Positions 47,867-58,175 of a DNA stretch of 64,000 nucleotides are shown here, one piece after another (positions within the stretch are counted from its first letter, which is position 1; each line of letters begins with the position of its first letter). The DNA is from an uncultured Spirochaetota bacterium (GTDB lineage: Bacteria > Spirochaetota > Spirochaetia > SZUA-6 > Fen-1364): NCBI GenBank assembly GCA_963845535.1, contig CAWJSK010000018.1, positions 64,001 to 128,000 on the forward strand, in the 5' to 3' direction. The position numbers and the translations under genes are program-made. A model generated the notes under the pieces. The model had not been told where the DNA came from. It saw only the letters and a program-made list of their open reading frames with translations, and searched no databases.

Positions 47867-48915
47867 GCGACGCGCTTCGGCTGCGGGGGGTCAGCCTGAC
47901 CCTCGGTGATTTTGCGCTCCGCGACATCACGTTCACGCTTGCGCGGGGGGAGATTTTCGTCATCCTCGGCCCAAGCGGCGCGGGGAAGTCAGTGCTTCTC
48001 GAAACGATTGCGGGGTTCCATCAGCCTGACCAGGGTGAGATCCTCATTGGAGAGCGTGACATGACGCACGCCCAGCCCGAGGCGCGCCGAATCGGCTTGA
48101 TCTTCCAGGACTACGCGCTGTTCCCGCATCTGACGGTTGCCCGCAACGTGCAGTTCGCCTGCCGCGCCGACCCTGCGCGGGCGCGCGGGCTGCTTTCGAG
48201 GCTTGGTCTGGCGCACCTCGCGGAGCGCAAGCCCGCGAACTTGAGCGGCGGTGAGAAGCAACGAGTGGCGCTTGCCCGCGCGCTCGCCATGGACCCCAGT
48301 GTCTTCCTTTTCGACGAGCCGCTCTCCGCCCAGGACGCTCGCGCGCGTGACACGCTGCGCGACGAGCTGAAGTCCCTCCTGCGGCAACTGGGACTGCCGG
48401 CGGTCTACGTGACGCACGACCAGTCTGAGGCGCTCGTGCTGGCGGACAGGCTGGCCGTCATGGGCGGCGGAGCGCTGCTTCAGGTCGGCACGCCGTCTGA
48501 GGTTTTCAACGCGCCTGCCAACGAGTTCGTGGCCCGGTTTGTAGGCGTGGAGACGGTGCTGGAAGGACGGACCGTGGGCGCAGAAGACGGTGACCTCCGT
48601 ATTGAGCTGGGAGGGCATGAGATTCACGCCGTAGGGGAAACCGCGGTTGCGCGGCGGGTCCTTGTCTGCATCCGTCCGGAGAATGTCGCCATCTCACGCC
48701 GAAAGAGCGCGGAATCCAGCGTCCGAAACCAGTTCGAAGCGCGCGTAGCCCAGGTGTCGTCCCTTGGTCATGTTTTCAAGATCACGCTGGACTGCGGGTT
48801 CCCCCTCACCGCGTACGTGACCAAGCAGTCATACCTGGAGCTGAACCTCGAGCCGGGCGCGCTCGTTGTTGCCGGCTTCAAGGCCACGGCAATCCACATC
48901 ATCACTCGGGAGTAG
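47863..48915 (+). CDS. wtpC: Tungstate/molybdate ABC transporter ATP-binding protein with TOBE domain
   Basis: GPSGAGKS, LSGGEKQR, DEPLS, C-terminal SVRNQF...FKATAIH. Confidence 0.85.
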   Translation: MSDALRLRGVSLTLGDFALRDITFTLARGEIFVILGPSGAGKSVLLETIAGFHQPDQGEILIGERDMTHAQPEARRIGLIFQDYALFPHLTVARNVQFACRADPARARGLLSRLGLAHLAERKPANLSGGEKQRVALARALAMDPSVFLFDEPLSAQDARARDTLRDELKSLLRQLGLPAVYVTHDQSEALVLADRLAVMGGGALLQVGTPSEVFNAPANEFVARFVGVETVLEGRTVGAEDGDLRIELGGHEIHAVGETAVARRVLVCIRPENVAISRRKSAESSVRNQFEARVAQVSSLGHVFKITLDCGFPLTAYVTKQSYLELNLEPGALVVAGFKATAIHIITRE

Positions 48916-48928
48916 CGCCCCCGCGGGG

Positions 48929-50143
48929 TCAGAGCTGCCTGTCCCCGAGGAACCTCAGGGCCAGCTCCGTGTAGAGCTCGACAGCGTTCAGGTAGTCTTT
49001 GATCTCCACGTATTCATCCGGCTTGTGGGCAAGCTCTTCCCTGCCCGGGCCAATGATAACGAACGGAATCACGGGGTCGGAGCACAGGGCGCTTGCATCC
49101 GTGGCAAACCCCGGCGTTGGGAGCGGCTTCACCGCGCGGCCGAGCTTCTCCTGGCAGACCTGGAGGACAAGTCCGACTATGGGGTCCTGCGCGGAGGTGG
49201 CCACCGCGGCGCGGCTTCCCGTGGGCCGTATGTCCACGCGCATGCCGGGAAGCTTCTCCCGGGCCCTCGCTGCGGCGACGCGCACCTGCTCCATGAGGCC
49301 GGCCTCGGTAACACCGGGCGGAAGCCGGAAATCCAGGCTTACGCGGCATAGGTCAGGCACGACGTTGGGACCCACTCCGCCGTGGATGGTCCCGATGTTG
49401 AGGGTGGTTTTTCCGTTGGCGGGGTCCGGACCCTCCGTGAGCGGTATGCAAAGCACTTCGGCCAGGAGCGCGTGCATGTCCACGATGGCGTTGCGGCCCA
49501 GGTGCGGCATGGAGCCGTGAGCTGTTGAACCAACGGTCTCCAGCTCGAGCCAGCAGAGACCTTTCTGGGCGATATAGGCATTGAACCCCGTGGGCTCGCC
49601 AATCACCACGGCGCCGACCCCTCTCGTGAGCCCGTCCGCCGCCGCCTTGAGCGCGCCGGCAGCTCCGATCTCTTCGTCACAGACCGCGGAGAAGACCAAG
49701 TCCCCCCGAAGCTGCCCCGAGCGGGCGGCGCGAGCAACCGAATCAAAGGCGACCAGCATTGCCGCGAGGCCGCTTTTCATGTCCGCTGACCCCCTGCCGT
49801 AGAGCCTGCCGTCTTCGATCTGGGCGCCGAAAGGCGCGTGCTTCCAGGGGACTTCGCCGGGAGGAACCACGTCGATGTGCCCGTTGAAAAGCAGGGCGGG
49901 CGCCTCGCCGGTCCCCCGGATCCTCGCCGTGACGTTTGCCTGGCCCGGCGCGACCTCCGTCAGCTCGGGCTTGAGACCCCTGCGGTCGAGCTCCCGAGCC
50001 AGGAGCTCGGCGCCCGGCACGTCGGAGCCGGGCGGGTTGACCGTGGGGACCCGCACCAGGTCCGCCAGAAGGCGGACTGCGTCATCCTTGTCGAAGGGAA
50101 GGACACCGCGCGCCCGGGAGACTGACGGTCCCTTCGAGCGCAC
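48929..50143 (-). CDS. M20 family metallo-amidohydrolase (ArgE/DapE-like)
   Basis: FNGHIDVVP, YGRGSADMKSG, DEEIG, IGEPT, AHKPDE. Confidence 0.92.
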   Translation of the reverse strand: MRSKGPSVSRARGVLPFDKDDAVRLLADLVRVPTVNPPGSDVPGAELLARELDRRGLKPELTEVAPGQANVTARIRGTGEAPALLFNGHIDVVPPGEVPWKHAPFGAQIEDGRLYGRGSADMKSGLAAMLVAFDSVARAARSGQLRGDLVFSAVCDEEIGAAGALKAAADGLTRGVGAVVIGEPTGFNAYIAQKGLCWLELETVGSTAHGSMPHLGRNAIVDMHALLAEVLCIPLTEGPDPANGKTTLNIGTIHGGVGPNVVPDLCRVSLDFRLPPGVTEAGLMEQVRVAAARAREKLPGMRVDIRPTGSRAAVATSAQDPIVGLVLQVCQEKLGRAVKPLPTPGFATDASALCSDPVIPFVIIGPGREELAHKPDEYVEIKDYLNAVELYTELALRFLGDRQL

Positions 50144-53100
50144 TACCCGGCCTTGCCGTTTCTTCGAGCCTGGATTGCAGTGAAAATGGCCTCCGAAGTG
50201 GAAGGCGCGGGAAGGGCTACTTCCCCGCCTGGCTCGCCGAAGGAGGCAACGGCGTCACGGATGGCTTCCCGTACTGAGAAGGCCAGCATGAGCGGCGGCT
50301 CTCCTACCGCTTTGCTCCCGTGAATTGTGCCCGGCTGGGCGGCCTTGGGCAGCATGGTGATGCGCATCTCCAGAGGGGCGTCGCTGATGGCGGGAATCTG
50401 GTAGGTGCTCGCGCTGTGCGTCAGGAGCCGGCCTTCCTTGTCCCAGGCAAGCTCCTCCCGAGTGAGCCAGCCCACGCCCTGGAGGAAGCCGCCTTCGATC
50501 TGGCCGCGGTCCACCCCCGGGTTCAGGGACTCCCCCACGTCATGGACGATGTCCGTTCGAAGCACCCTGTGCATGCCGGTGTAGCCGTCCACTTCCACTT
50601 CGCTCACCGCGGCGCCGCAGGCAAAATAGTAGAAGGGATGACCTTCCTGCTTTTCCCAGTTCCAGGTGATCCCCGGCGTGGCGTAGTAGCCCGTGGCAGA
50701 GAGGCTGATGCGCTCGTTGTACGCGGATTTGCACACGTCGACAAAAGGAACTCTTGGCCTCTCCGGCAACCGCTGACTGAGCGAACCCGTCCTTGAAGAT
50801 GACCTCCTGCGCTTTGACCGAAGCCCCCGCCTTCGCGGACAGAAGCCCGGCAGCCACGGGAGCCAGCCTTTCCCGCAGCGTTACACATGCTGCCTTGACC
50901 GCGGCGCCGTTGAGGTCCGAGCCCGAGGAAGCGGCGGTGGCCGAGGTGTTGGGCACCTTGTCCGTGCTCGTGGGCATGATGCGGAAAGCGGAGGCCGGGA
51001 GCCCAAGCTCGCGCATGGCCACACCGAGCACCTTGGTGTGCAGGCCCTGTCCCATTTCCGTGCCCCCGTGGTTCACCTGGACCGTTCCGTCCTGGTAAAT
51101 CAGGACGAGGGAGCCGCCCTGGTTGTACGCGGCCAGCGTGAAGGAGATGCCGAACTTCTCTCCCGTGATCGCTAGACCGCGCTTGACCCGGTCATGCTGC
51201 TTGTTCCAGGCCTCCACCTCTTCGCGTCGCCTTGTGAAGTCCGCCTGCTCCAGGGCTTGCTTCCACATCGTCTGGATCCGGTTCTCCCCGACATCCTGCC
51301 CGTAGTGGGTCGTGTTCGTCTCCCCCGACCCGTGGTACATGTTGCGCTCCCGAACAACCTCCGGCGGAAGCCCAAGCGTGCGCGCCACCCTGTCCATGAT
51401 CTCCTCGATCACGAGCATGCCCTGTGGCCCGCCGAACCCGCGGAACGCCGTATGGGAGGTGACATTGGTGCGAACCACCCTGCCGGTGAAGGACACGGCG
51501 GGGATGTAGTAGATGTTGTCCAGATGGAAGACCGCCCTGTCGATGATGGGCTGGGAAAGGTCCAGCGACCATCCCCCGTCTGAGAAGATGTCCGCGTGCA
51601 TGCCGAGCAGCCTGCCTTCATCGTCGTACCCCGCGGAGTACTTCGAATAAAAGGGATGGCGCTTGCCCGTGATCATCATGTCGAGGTCCCGGTCCAATTG
51701 AATGCGCACGGGCTTGCCCGTTTTCACGGCAGCCAGGGCAACGAGGGCCGCGAACGTGTTACCCTGCACCTCCTTGCCGCCGAACCCGCCCCCCATGCGG
51801 GGCGCCTGGACGACAATGCTGTTGCGCGGCGCGCCCAGGACCTCGGCGACGATGGTCTGGATCTCCGACGGATGCTGCGTGGAGGAGCAGACGAAGAGCG
51901 TGCCCTTCTCCCCGACCTCCGCCCAGGCCGCGTGCGTCTCCAGGTAGAAATGCTCCTGGCCGCCAGAGCTGAGCTCACCTTCCAGGCGGTGAGGGGCTTC
52001 CGCGAGGGCTTTCTGGCAGTCGCCGCGCTTCAGCGTATGCGGGTCCGTCAGGAAGCTCTGCCGGGCGATGGCATCTTTGATTCCAAGGATGGGCGTGAGC
52101 GGCTCGTAATCCACTTCTACAAGCGCGGCGGCGGCCCGGCATTCCTTGACCGAATTGCCGACCACGAGGGCTATCAGATGGCCATGGTAGAGGACTTCAT
52201 CCGCAGCGAACAAGGGCTCGTCATGCCGTGACGTGCCAACGTTGTTGACGCCGGGGATGTCTTCCGCCATCAGGACAGCCACGACCCCCGGGGCGGCGAG
52301 CGCCTTGTCAGCGTTGCGCCGCGTGACGCGGGCGCGCGCGTACTTCGAGCACACCGGCCACGCCTCCAGCATGGGCCTCCGTTGGGCAAGGTCATCCACG
52401 AACAGGGCGTCGCCGCTGACATGGCCCCGCGCGCTTTCATGATGCAGCGCGCGGGAGAGGTCCGCCATGGTTGATCTCTCTCCCTCGGGGAAATCCAGGG
52501 CGCCGTCCACGGCTATGCTCTGCTCTCCGGAGGAGAACTTCTCCCACAGGCTGACGATCAGGCCCTTGCGGTAGGCCGCGCTGCCGCGCACGTCGTCAAT
52601 GGGCTGGTACTCCGCAGCAAGGGCCGCGGCAACCGCCTCCCGCGCTTCCTCGAGGCGCCTGCCTTCGAGCGCCGCTTCGGCCTTGCGCGCGCGCCGGGTT
52701 GCAAGGGCCACCCCGCCGTAGGCAATGCGCGCAGTGCGCACAACGCCGTCAGCGCCCAGATCTACCCGGAATGCGCCCGCCACAATACTGATGTCCAGCT
52801 CCCTGCGCTTGGACACTTTCAGGAAGTCGACCTTCCGCGTCGCCGCCTGCTTGGACCGGGGAATGACCACTTCCTGGATGACCTCTGCGGGCTTCAACGC
52901 CGTCTTTCTGTAGCCAACGAAAAAATCATCCAGCGAAACCTTTCTTTCCCCGCGTGCAGACGTGAGCACCACGGAAGCATCCAGCGTAAGGAGAACAGGC
53001 GCGCTGTCCCCAATGGGGGACGCTGTTGCCAGGTTACCGCCCATCGTGGCCCTGTTCCTGATCCCACGCGAAGCAAACACGCGCAGCATCTTGGCCAGGG

Positions 53101-54022
53101 ACGGGTACTCGGGGCCCAAAAGCTCCTCGATTGCCGTCAGCGTAGCGGCCCCGCCCACGTGCCACTCGGTCGCTGTGCTCGTGACCCGGGTCAGCTCCGG
53201 CACCCCCTCGGTGGAGATGAGGAGCGGGTAGGAGAGGAGCTTCTTGTTGATGTCCACCCCGATCTCAGTGGCTCCGGCCACCAGACGCGCCTCGGGGTAT
53301 TTCTTCAGAAGGGAAAAGACCTCACCCAGCGTAGTTGGCCTGAAAAACCGCCCGCCGCAAGCGGAGTAATTCAGGGAAGAAAGCGGTTCCACCGGTGATC
53401 CGAGCCTGATGCGGAACTGGTCAGCCTTCCCGTTCTCGGCGTCTCTTTGCGAAAGCGCCCCGAGCGCGGCATCCCTGATGGGCCTGTAACCGGTGCACCG
53501 GCAGAGATTCCCGCTGAGCTGATCGCTCAACTGGCTTGTGTTTTTGCAGTCCGTCCGGTACCAGGCCTCGAAAAGGGAGACGACGAACCCCGGGGTGCAA
53601 TACCCGCACTGCGATCCGTATTTTTCGACCATGTGGGCCTGGACGGGATGCAGTGTTTCACCCGACGCCAGACCTTCGACGGTGACGATCTCCCGTCCCG
53701 CGAACATGGGAAGCAGGGCGATGCAGCTATTGATTGCCCGGTAGGTCGGTTTGCCCCGGGCGTCACGGTCCACAAGGGCAACCGTGCAAGCCCCGCAATC
53801 TCCTTCCGCGCACCCGCACTTGGTACCCGTGTACCCGTGCGCGCGCAAGTACTCCAGCAGCGTCGTGGTGGGGGCCACATCCTCCACGAGGACCGGCTTT
53901 CCGTTGATCATGAAAGTGAAGCTCGTAACCGCCTGGCTTGTGGCTGCCCGGTTCGCGACCGTCCGCGGCGCGCGGGTCGAGGCTTTCTTTGGGGCGCGCG
54001 TCAATCCCGAGGTGCGTTTCAT
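50143..54022 (-). CDS. xdhAB: Xanthine dehydrogenase, XdhA-XdhB fusion (2Fe-2S, FAD and Moco domains); one frameshift near 50752
   Basis: GCAEGDCGAC, QCGYCTPG, IRNRATMGGN, GGQEHFYLE, GGGFGGKE, AFRGFGGPQG; the C-terminal SKAVGEPP is in the downstream frame (50143-50769). Confidence 0.92.
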
Positions 54023-54028
54023 GATTCT

Positions 54029-54058
54029 AGTTTACTCACTGTCGCACGGCGGTGCAAC
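54029..54058 (-). promoter_or_regulatory. Sigma70 promoter of xdhAB, probably leaderless
   Basis: TTGCAC-N17-TAAACT, then 6 nt to ATG; imperfect inverted repeat GTCGCAC-GGCG-GTGCAAC covers the -35. Confidence 0.55.
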
Positions 54059-54117
54059 GTGGGAGCCGCAATGGGCCTTTCGATAGTATCTTTATCTCTG
54101 GAAAGGGAGCCGACTCA

Positions 54118-56313
54118 ATGATGAAAGTTCAAACCGTGGAGGAACGGCGCTCCTGGCCTCCCCGGGGGTGGCCGCTTTATATCCCCATCTTTTTGACCGT
54201 CATCGCAGGCCTTGTCATCACGCTCGTGGTGTTCGGCGTGTTCCAGGCTTCCGAGCGGGCGCGCATGCACAGCGAGTTCGAGACCATGGCGGCTGACAGG
54301 GCCCAGGCAATCCGGGCGGCACTGGCGGAAGACTTCACCGAGTTGGACCTGCTCGCAGGGTACGTGAGGTCCTCCAATGAGCTGAAAACCAACCGGCTCG
54401 GAGAGTTCGCGCTGGAGTTCGGGAAAATTGCGCGACGCATTCCCACGCAAGAGCCCGACACACAGGCGGTAGGGTTCATCTCTCGCGTACCGGGACAGGA
54501 CCGGGCTGCCTTCGAGTCATCCTGGAGCAGGGAGCTCACCGGCGGAATGAGCATCACGGAGCTGGGAACAGGGACCGACCCTCATGCGGCCGGTAAGAGA
54601 AGCCTGTACTTTCCCGCCACCATCATGGAGCCTTACGAATACACCGTGGGGATGGGCGGCCTGGATTTCGGTTCGGTGCCGGCCCTGCGCTCCGCGCTGG
54701 ACCGCGCCATTGCCTCAGGAAGGCTTGCCACGAGCACCGGCACGCGCCTTCCGACCGCCGCCCCGCATCCGGTGATCTGGCAGTTCCTTGCCGTATACCG
54801 CGACTCCTCCGCGGCTTCCTCTCCGTCCTCTCGAGGCCAGATGATCGGCGTGGTGGCAATGGCTTTCCGGATCGACCAGATGGTGGACCTTGCCCTCAAG
54901 GATCTGAGCCCTGCGGGACTCGACATCGAGCTGCTGGACCTTCAGGCGCCCGCGGCCCAACAGGAGCTCTTCTACCGCAGGGCCAAGGTCGTCGGTTATG
55001 AAGTGACTCCGGTCCTGCGCAATTGGTTGTCGTGGAGCACGACAATCGACGCGGGGGAGAGAACGTGGACCATGCGCGCGTATCCGACGCATGATTTCAT
55101 GGCCAAGCACAGCACGTGGCAGCCCTTGATCATCCTTGCCGGCGGCCTCCTCCTGACCGCCATGGCAAGCCTCTATTTCGCCGGAGGCCTGCGCAGGACC
55201 GCGCGCGTGGAGTCCCTTGTCGCAGAAAGGACGCAAGCCCTTGCCCTGGAGGTTGCCAAGCATGAGCAGCTGGAAAGGGAGCTGGCTGAATCACGGGCCA
55301 CCCTGGCGGGGCAGGTGGACAGGCTTGCCTCCCGCAACCGCGAGGTGCAGCTCCTCAATGAGGTCGGTGACATGCTCCAGTCCTGCGTTTCCACCGACGA
55401 GGCGTTCCCCCTGATCCGGCAACACCTCCCCGGCCTCCTTGCCGGCACCTCCGGCGCGCTCTATGTCCAGGACCCGCAGAGAAGTCTTTTCGTGGCCATG
55501 GCTGAATGGGGGGAAAGTCCGCCCGGCGCGGCGGCGTTCACTGCCACGGATTGCTGGGCTTTGCGCCGAGGCCGGGTCTATCCGCCGGCGGACTCGCCGA
55601 AGGCGCTCCCCTGCAGGCATCTCGCCCCGGGCCAGGAAGAAGGTTCCCTTTGCGTGCCCATCGCGGTCACCGGGAAGACCATCGGGCTCTTTCACGCGCT
55701 TCGCCTTCCTGCGGAATCGCAGGCATTCGCCGTGTCCGTGGCGGAGCACATCGGGCTCGCCTTGTCCAACCTCATGCTCCGAACCGACCTGCGGCAGCTT
55801 TCCATCCGTGACCCGCTCACCGGCCTTTTCAACCGCCGTTATATGGAGGAGACGCTGGAGCTGGAGATCAGCCGGGCCGAACGCAAGGAGCACGCCATTG
55901 GAGTCATCATGCTGGACATCGACCATTTCAAGACTTTCAACGACAGGTTCGGGCACGCCGCGGGAGATGAGCTTCTGCAGTCACTGGGGCAGCTCATCCG
56001 AACGAACCTGCGCGCGGGAGACGTCGCGTGCCGCTATGGAGGCGAAGAGTTCGTCCTCATCATGCCCGAGGCATCGGAGGAGGCCGCCCAGCGCAGGGCG
56101 GAAGAGCTTCGGGTCCACGCGCATGAGATGGAGGTCAGGCACCTGGACACCGTGCTCGGCCCCGTCAGCCTCTCCCTGGGCGTGGGACTCTACCCGGATC
56201 ATGGAAGGACGCGGGATGCCATCCTTGCCGCCGCGGACGCCGCGCTCTACAAGGCCAAGCAGGCGGGACGGGACAGGGTGGTGATTGCCGTGGATGGTTG
56301 GGAAAATGGATGA
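54118..56313 (+). CDS. Diguanylate cyclase (CHASE sensor, GAF, GGDEF)
   Basis: TM-CHASE-TM; DCWALRRG GAF; RDPLTGLFNRRY, DIDHFK, RAGD I-site, RYGGEEF. Confidence 0.93.
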   Translation: MMKVQTVEERRSWPPRGWPLYIPIFLTVIAGLVITLVVFGVFQASERARMHSEFETMAADRAQAIRAALAEDFTELDLLAGYVRSSNELKTNRLGEFALEFGKIARRIPTQEPDTQAVGFISRVPGQDRAAFESSWSRELTGGMSITELGTGTDPHAAGKRSLYFPATIMEPYEYTVGMGGLDFGSVPALRSALDRAIASGRLATSTGTRLPTAAPHPVIWQFLAVYRDSSAASSPSSRGQMIGVVAMAFRIDQMVDLALKDLSPAGLDIELLDLQAPAAQQELFYRRAKVVGYEVTPVLRNWLSWSTTIDAGERTWTMRAYPTHDFMAKHSTWQPLIILAGGLLLTAMASLYFAGGLRRTARVESLVAERTQALALEVAKHEQLERELAESRATLAGQVDRLASRNREVQLLNEVGDMLQSCVSTDEAFPLIRQHLPGLLAGTSGALYVQDPQRSLFVAMAEWGESPPGAAAFTATDCWALRRGRVYPPADSPKALPCRHLAPGQEEGSLCVPIAVTGKTIGLFHALRLPAESQAFAVSVAEHIGLALSNLMLRTDLRQLSIRDPLTGLFNRRYMEETLELEISRAERKEHAIGVIMLDIDHFKTFNDRFGHAAGDELLQSLGQLIRTNLRAGDVACRYGGEEFVLIMPEASEEAAQRRAEELRVHAHEMEVRHLDTVLGPVSLSLGVGLYPDHGRTRDAILAAADAALYKAKQAGRDRVVIAVDGWENG

Positions 56314-56393
56314 CGACCGGAGAATGGCTGGGACGCGTCGTCATCAGGAGCGCCTGAGGATTTCTCGTGGCGGATGACCACACCGAAAGTCTT

Positions 56394-57890
56394 CTACGCC
56401 GCCGCTTTTGCTTCTTTTCTCCGCGAGCCAAAGCGAGCGGCCTGAAAGACGGGGGTGAGGAGCGACGTCAGCGCCAGGTTGATGACCAAGGACGACAACG
56501 CGGAGTAAATGCCGAAGCCGTGGCCGCCAATGACGAACGTGTATACCGAGGAGTTGTGCGCCGCTGCGAACATCGAGATGCCGCTGGCAATCCCCGCGAC
56601 CCACCCCGCCACCAGCGCCCATTTGTGGAACCATTTCGTGAACAGCCCCAGGAAAACCGACGGAAGGGTCTGGATGATGATGATTCCGCCGAGCAGCTGC
56701 AAGTTGATGATGAACGTCGTGGGCACGAAGAAGATGAAAAGGAGCGCCCCAAGCTTCACGACCAGAGACGCAATGCGGGCGACGTTCGTCTCCTCCCCGC
56801 TCGAGTAGTTGGGGCGGAGGTAAGGGCGGTAGATATTCCGCGTGAACAGGTTGGCCGCGGCAATCGACATGATGGAGGCGGGAACCATGGCCCCGATGGA
56901 GATGGCCGCGAAGCAGAAGCCGGCGAACCATGACGGGAACTGCTGCGCAATCAGAGCAGGGACAATCCCGTTTGCCCCATACGCCTTCGGCGGTGTCACG
57001 TGGGCGGCGATGGCCATGTAGCCCAGGAGCGCCAGCAGGCCGAGCAGGAGGGAGTAGGCGGGCAGGAAGGCCGCGTTGCGCTTGACCACCTCCGGGCTTC
57101 CGCTGGCCAGGGTGCCGGTCAGGGAGTGCGGGTAGAGAAAAAGCGCCAGCGCTGAGCCCAGCACGAGCGTTGCATACGGCATGAACTGCGCAGGGGCCAG
57201 GAGGAAGTGGAACGTGGGGGTCTGGACCGCGCGCTGGCGCGCCGCGGCGAAGATCGGGCCGAACCCTCCCAGCGCCATCGGTATGGCGATGATGGTCGCA
57301 AGAAGCACGATGAAGATCATTGCGTCCTTGACCATCGCTATGAGCGCTGGCGCGCGCAGGCCGCTCGTGTAGGTGTAGGCGGCGAGAATGAGGAACGCGA
57401 CGACAAGCGCAATTTCAGGGTTGATCCCCATCTGGGCAACGGATACGGCAATCCCGAACATCTGAAGCGCTATGTACGGCATGGTTGCTACAATGCCTGT
57501 GATGGCCACGATGAAAGCCAGCGTCTTGCTGCCCGTCTGTCCTTCCACGAAATCCGACGGCGTGACGTATCCCTTCGCTTTGCACACCGACCAGAACCGG
57601 GGCAGCACGATGAATGCAAGCGGGTAGATGAGCACGGTGTAGGGAACGGCAAAGAAGCCCATGGCGCCCGCGGCGAACACGAGGCCGGGGACTGCAACGA
57701 AGGTATAGGCCGTGTAGAGATCTCCGCCCAGGAGGAACCACGTGATGACCGTGCCGAACCTTCGGCCGGCAAGACCCCATTCCTCCAGCGTCTTGAGGTT
57801 CCCCCGCTTCCACCGGGCCGCGACGAACCCGATGACTGTCACCAGGAGGAAAAAGAAGATGAAGACAATAAGAGCCACCCAGTCGATCAT
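56394..57890 (-). CDS. Sodium:solute symporter family permease (MctP-like)
   Basis: EWGLAGRRFG, WFLLGGDLYTAYTF, MPYIALQ, SGLRAPA, ALFLYPH. Confidence 0.92.
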   Translation of the reverse strand: MIDWVALIVFIFFFLLVTVIGFVAARWKRGNLKTLEEWGLAGRRFGTVITWFLLGGDLYTAYTFVAVPGLVFAAGAMGFFAVPYTVLIYPLAFIVLPRFWSVCKAKGYVTPSDFVEGQTGSKTLAFIVAITGIVATMPYIALQMFGIAVSVAQMGINPEIALVVAFLILAAYTYTSGLRAPALIAMVKDAMIFIVLLATIIAIPMALGGFGPIFAAARQRAVQTPTFHFLLAPAQFMPYATLVLGSALALFLYPHSLTGTLASGSPEVVKRNAAFLPAYSLLLGLLALLGYMAIAAHVTPPKAYGANGIVPALIAQQFPSWFAGFCFAAISIGAMVPASIMSIAAANLFTRNIYRPYLRPNYSSGEETNVARIASLVVKLGALLFIFFVPTTFIINLQLLGGIIIIQTLPSVFLGLFTKWFHKWALVAGWVAGIASGISMFAAAHNSSVYTFVIGGHGFGIYSALSSLVINLALTSLLTPVFQAARFGSRRKEAKAAA

Positions 57891-57915
57891 AGGAAATGCC
57901 CTCCGCTGAAATGCC

Positions 57916-58116
57916 TCATGCCCTGCCCAGATAGGCAATGAGCGTGAGACAGACGGTTACGATGATCGATGCGAGCTGAAACCAGTAGAAGAACGGAATC
58001 CCGACCAGCTCGGGCTGTTCCATGTTGTAGAAAGGCGGCCACAGCAGGGCCACGAACGGTATCAGAAAGAGGAGAAGGAGCCATCCCGCCCCTTTCCTCG
58101 GACGACGATCAGCCAT
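57916..58116 (-). CDS. DUF3311 small membrane protein (SSS partner)
   Basis: LWPPFYN...PELVGIPFFYWFQL, directly upstream of the SSS gene. Confidence 0.88.
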   Translation of the reverse strand: MADRRPRKGAGWLLLLFLIPFVALLWPPFYNMEQPELVGIPFFYWFQLASIIVTVCLTLIAYLGRA

Positions 58117-58175
58117 GGCGTTTCTCCTGATGCACAAAATATGAAGGCGGGCTCCGCCCGGTCAAACCGGAATGG

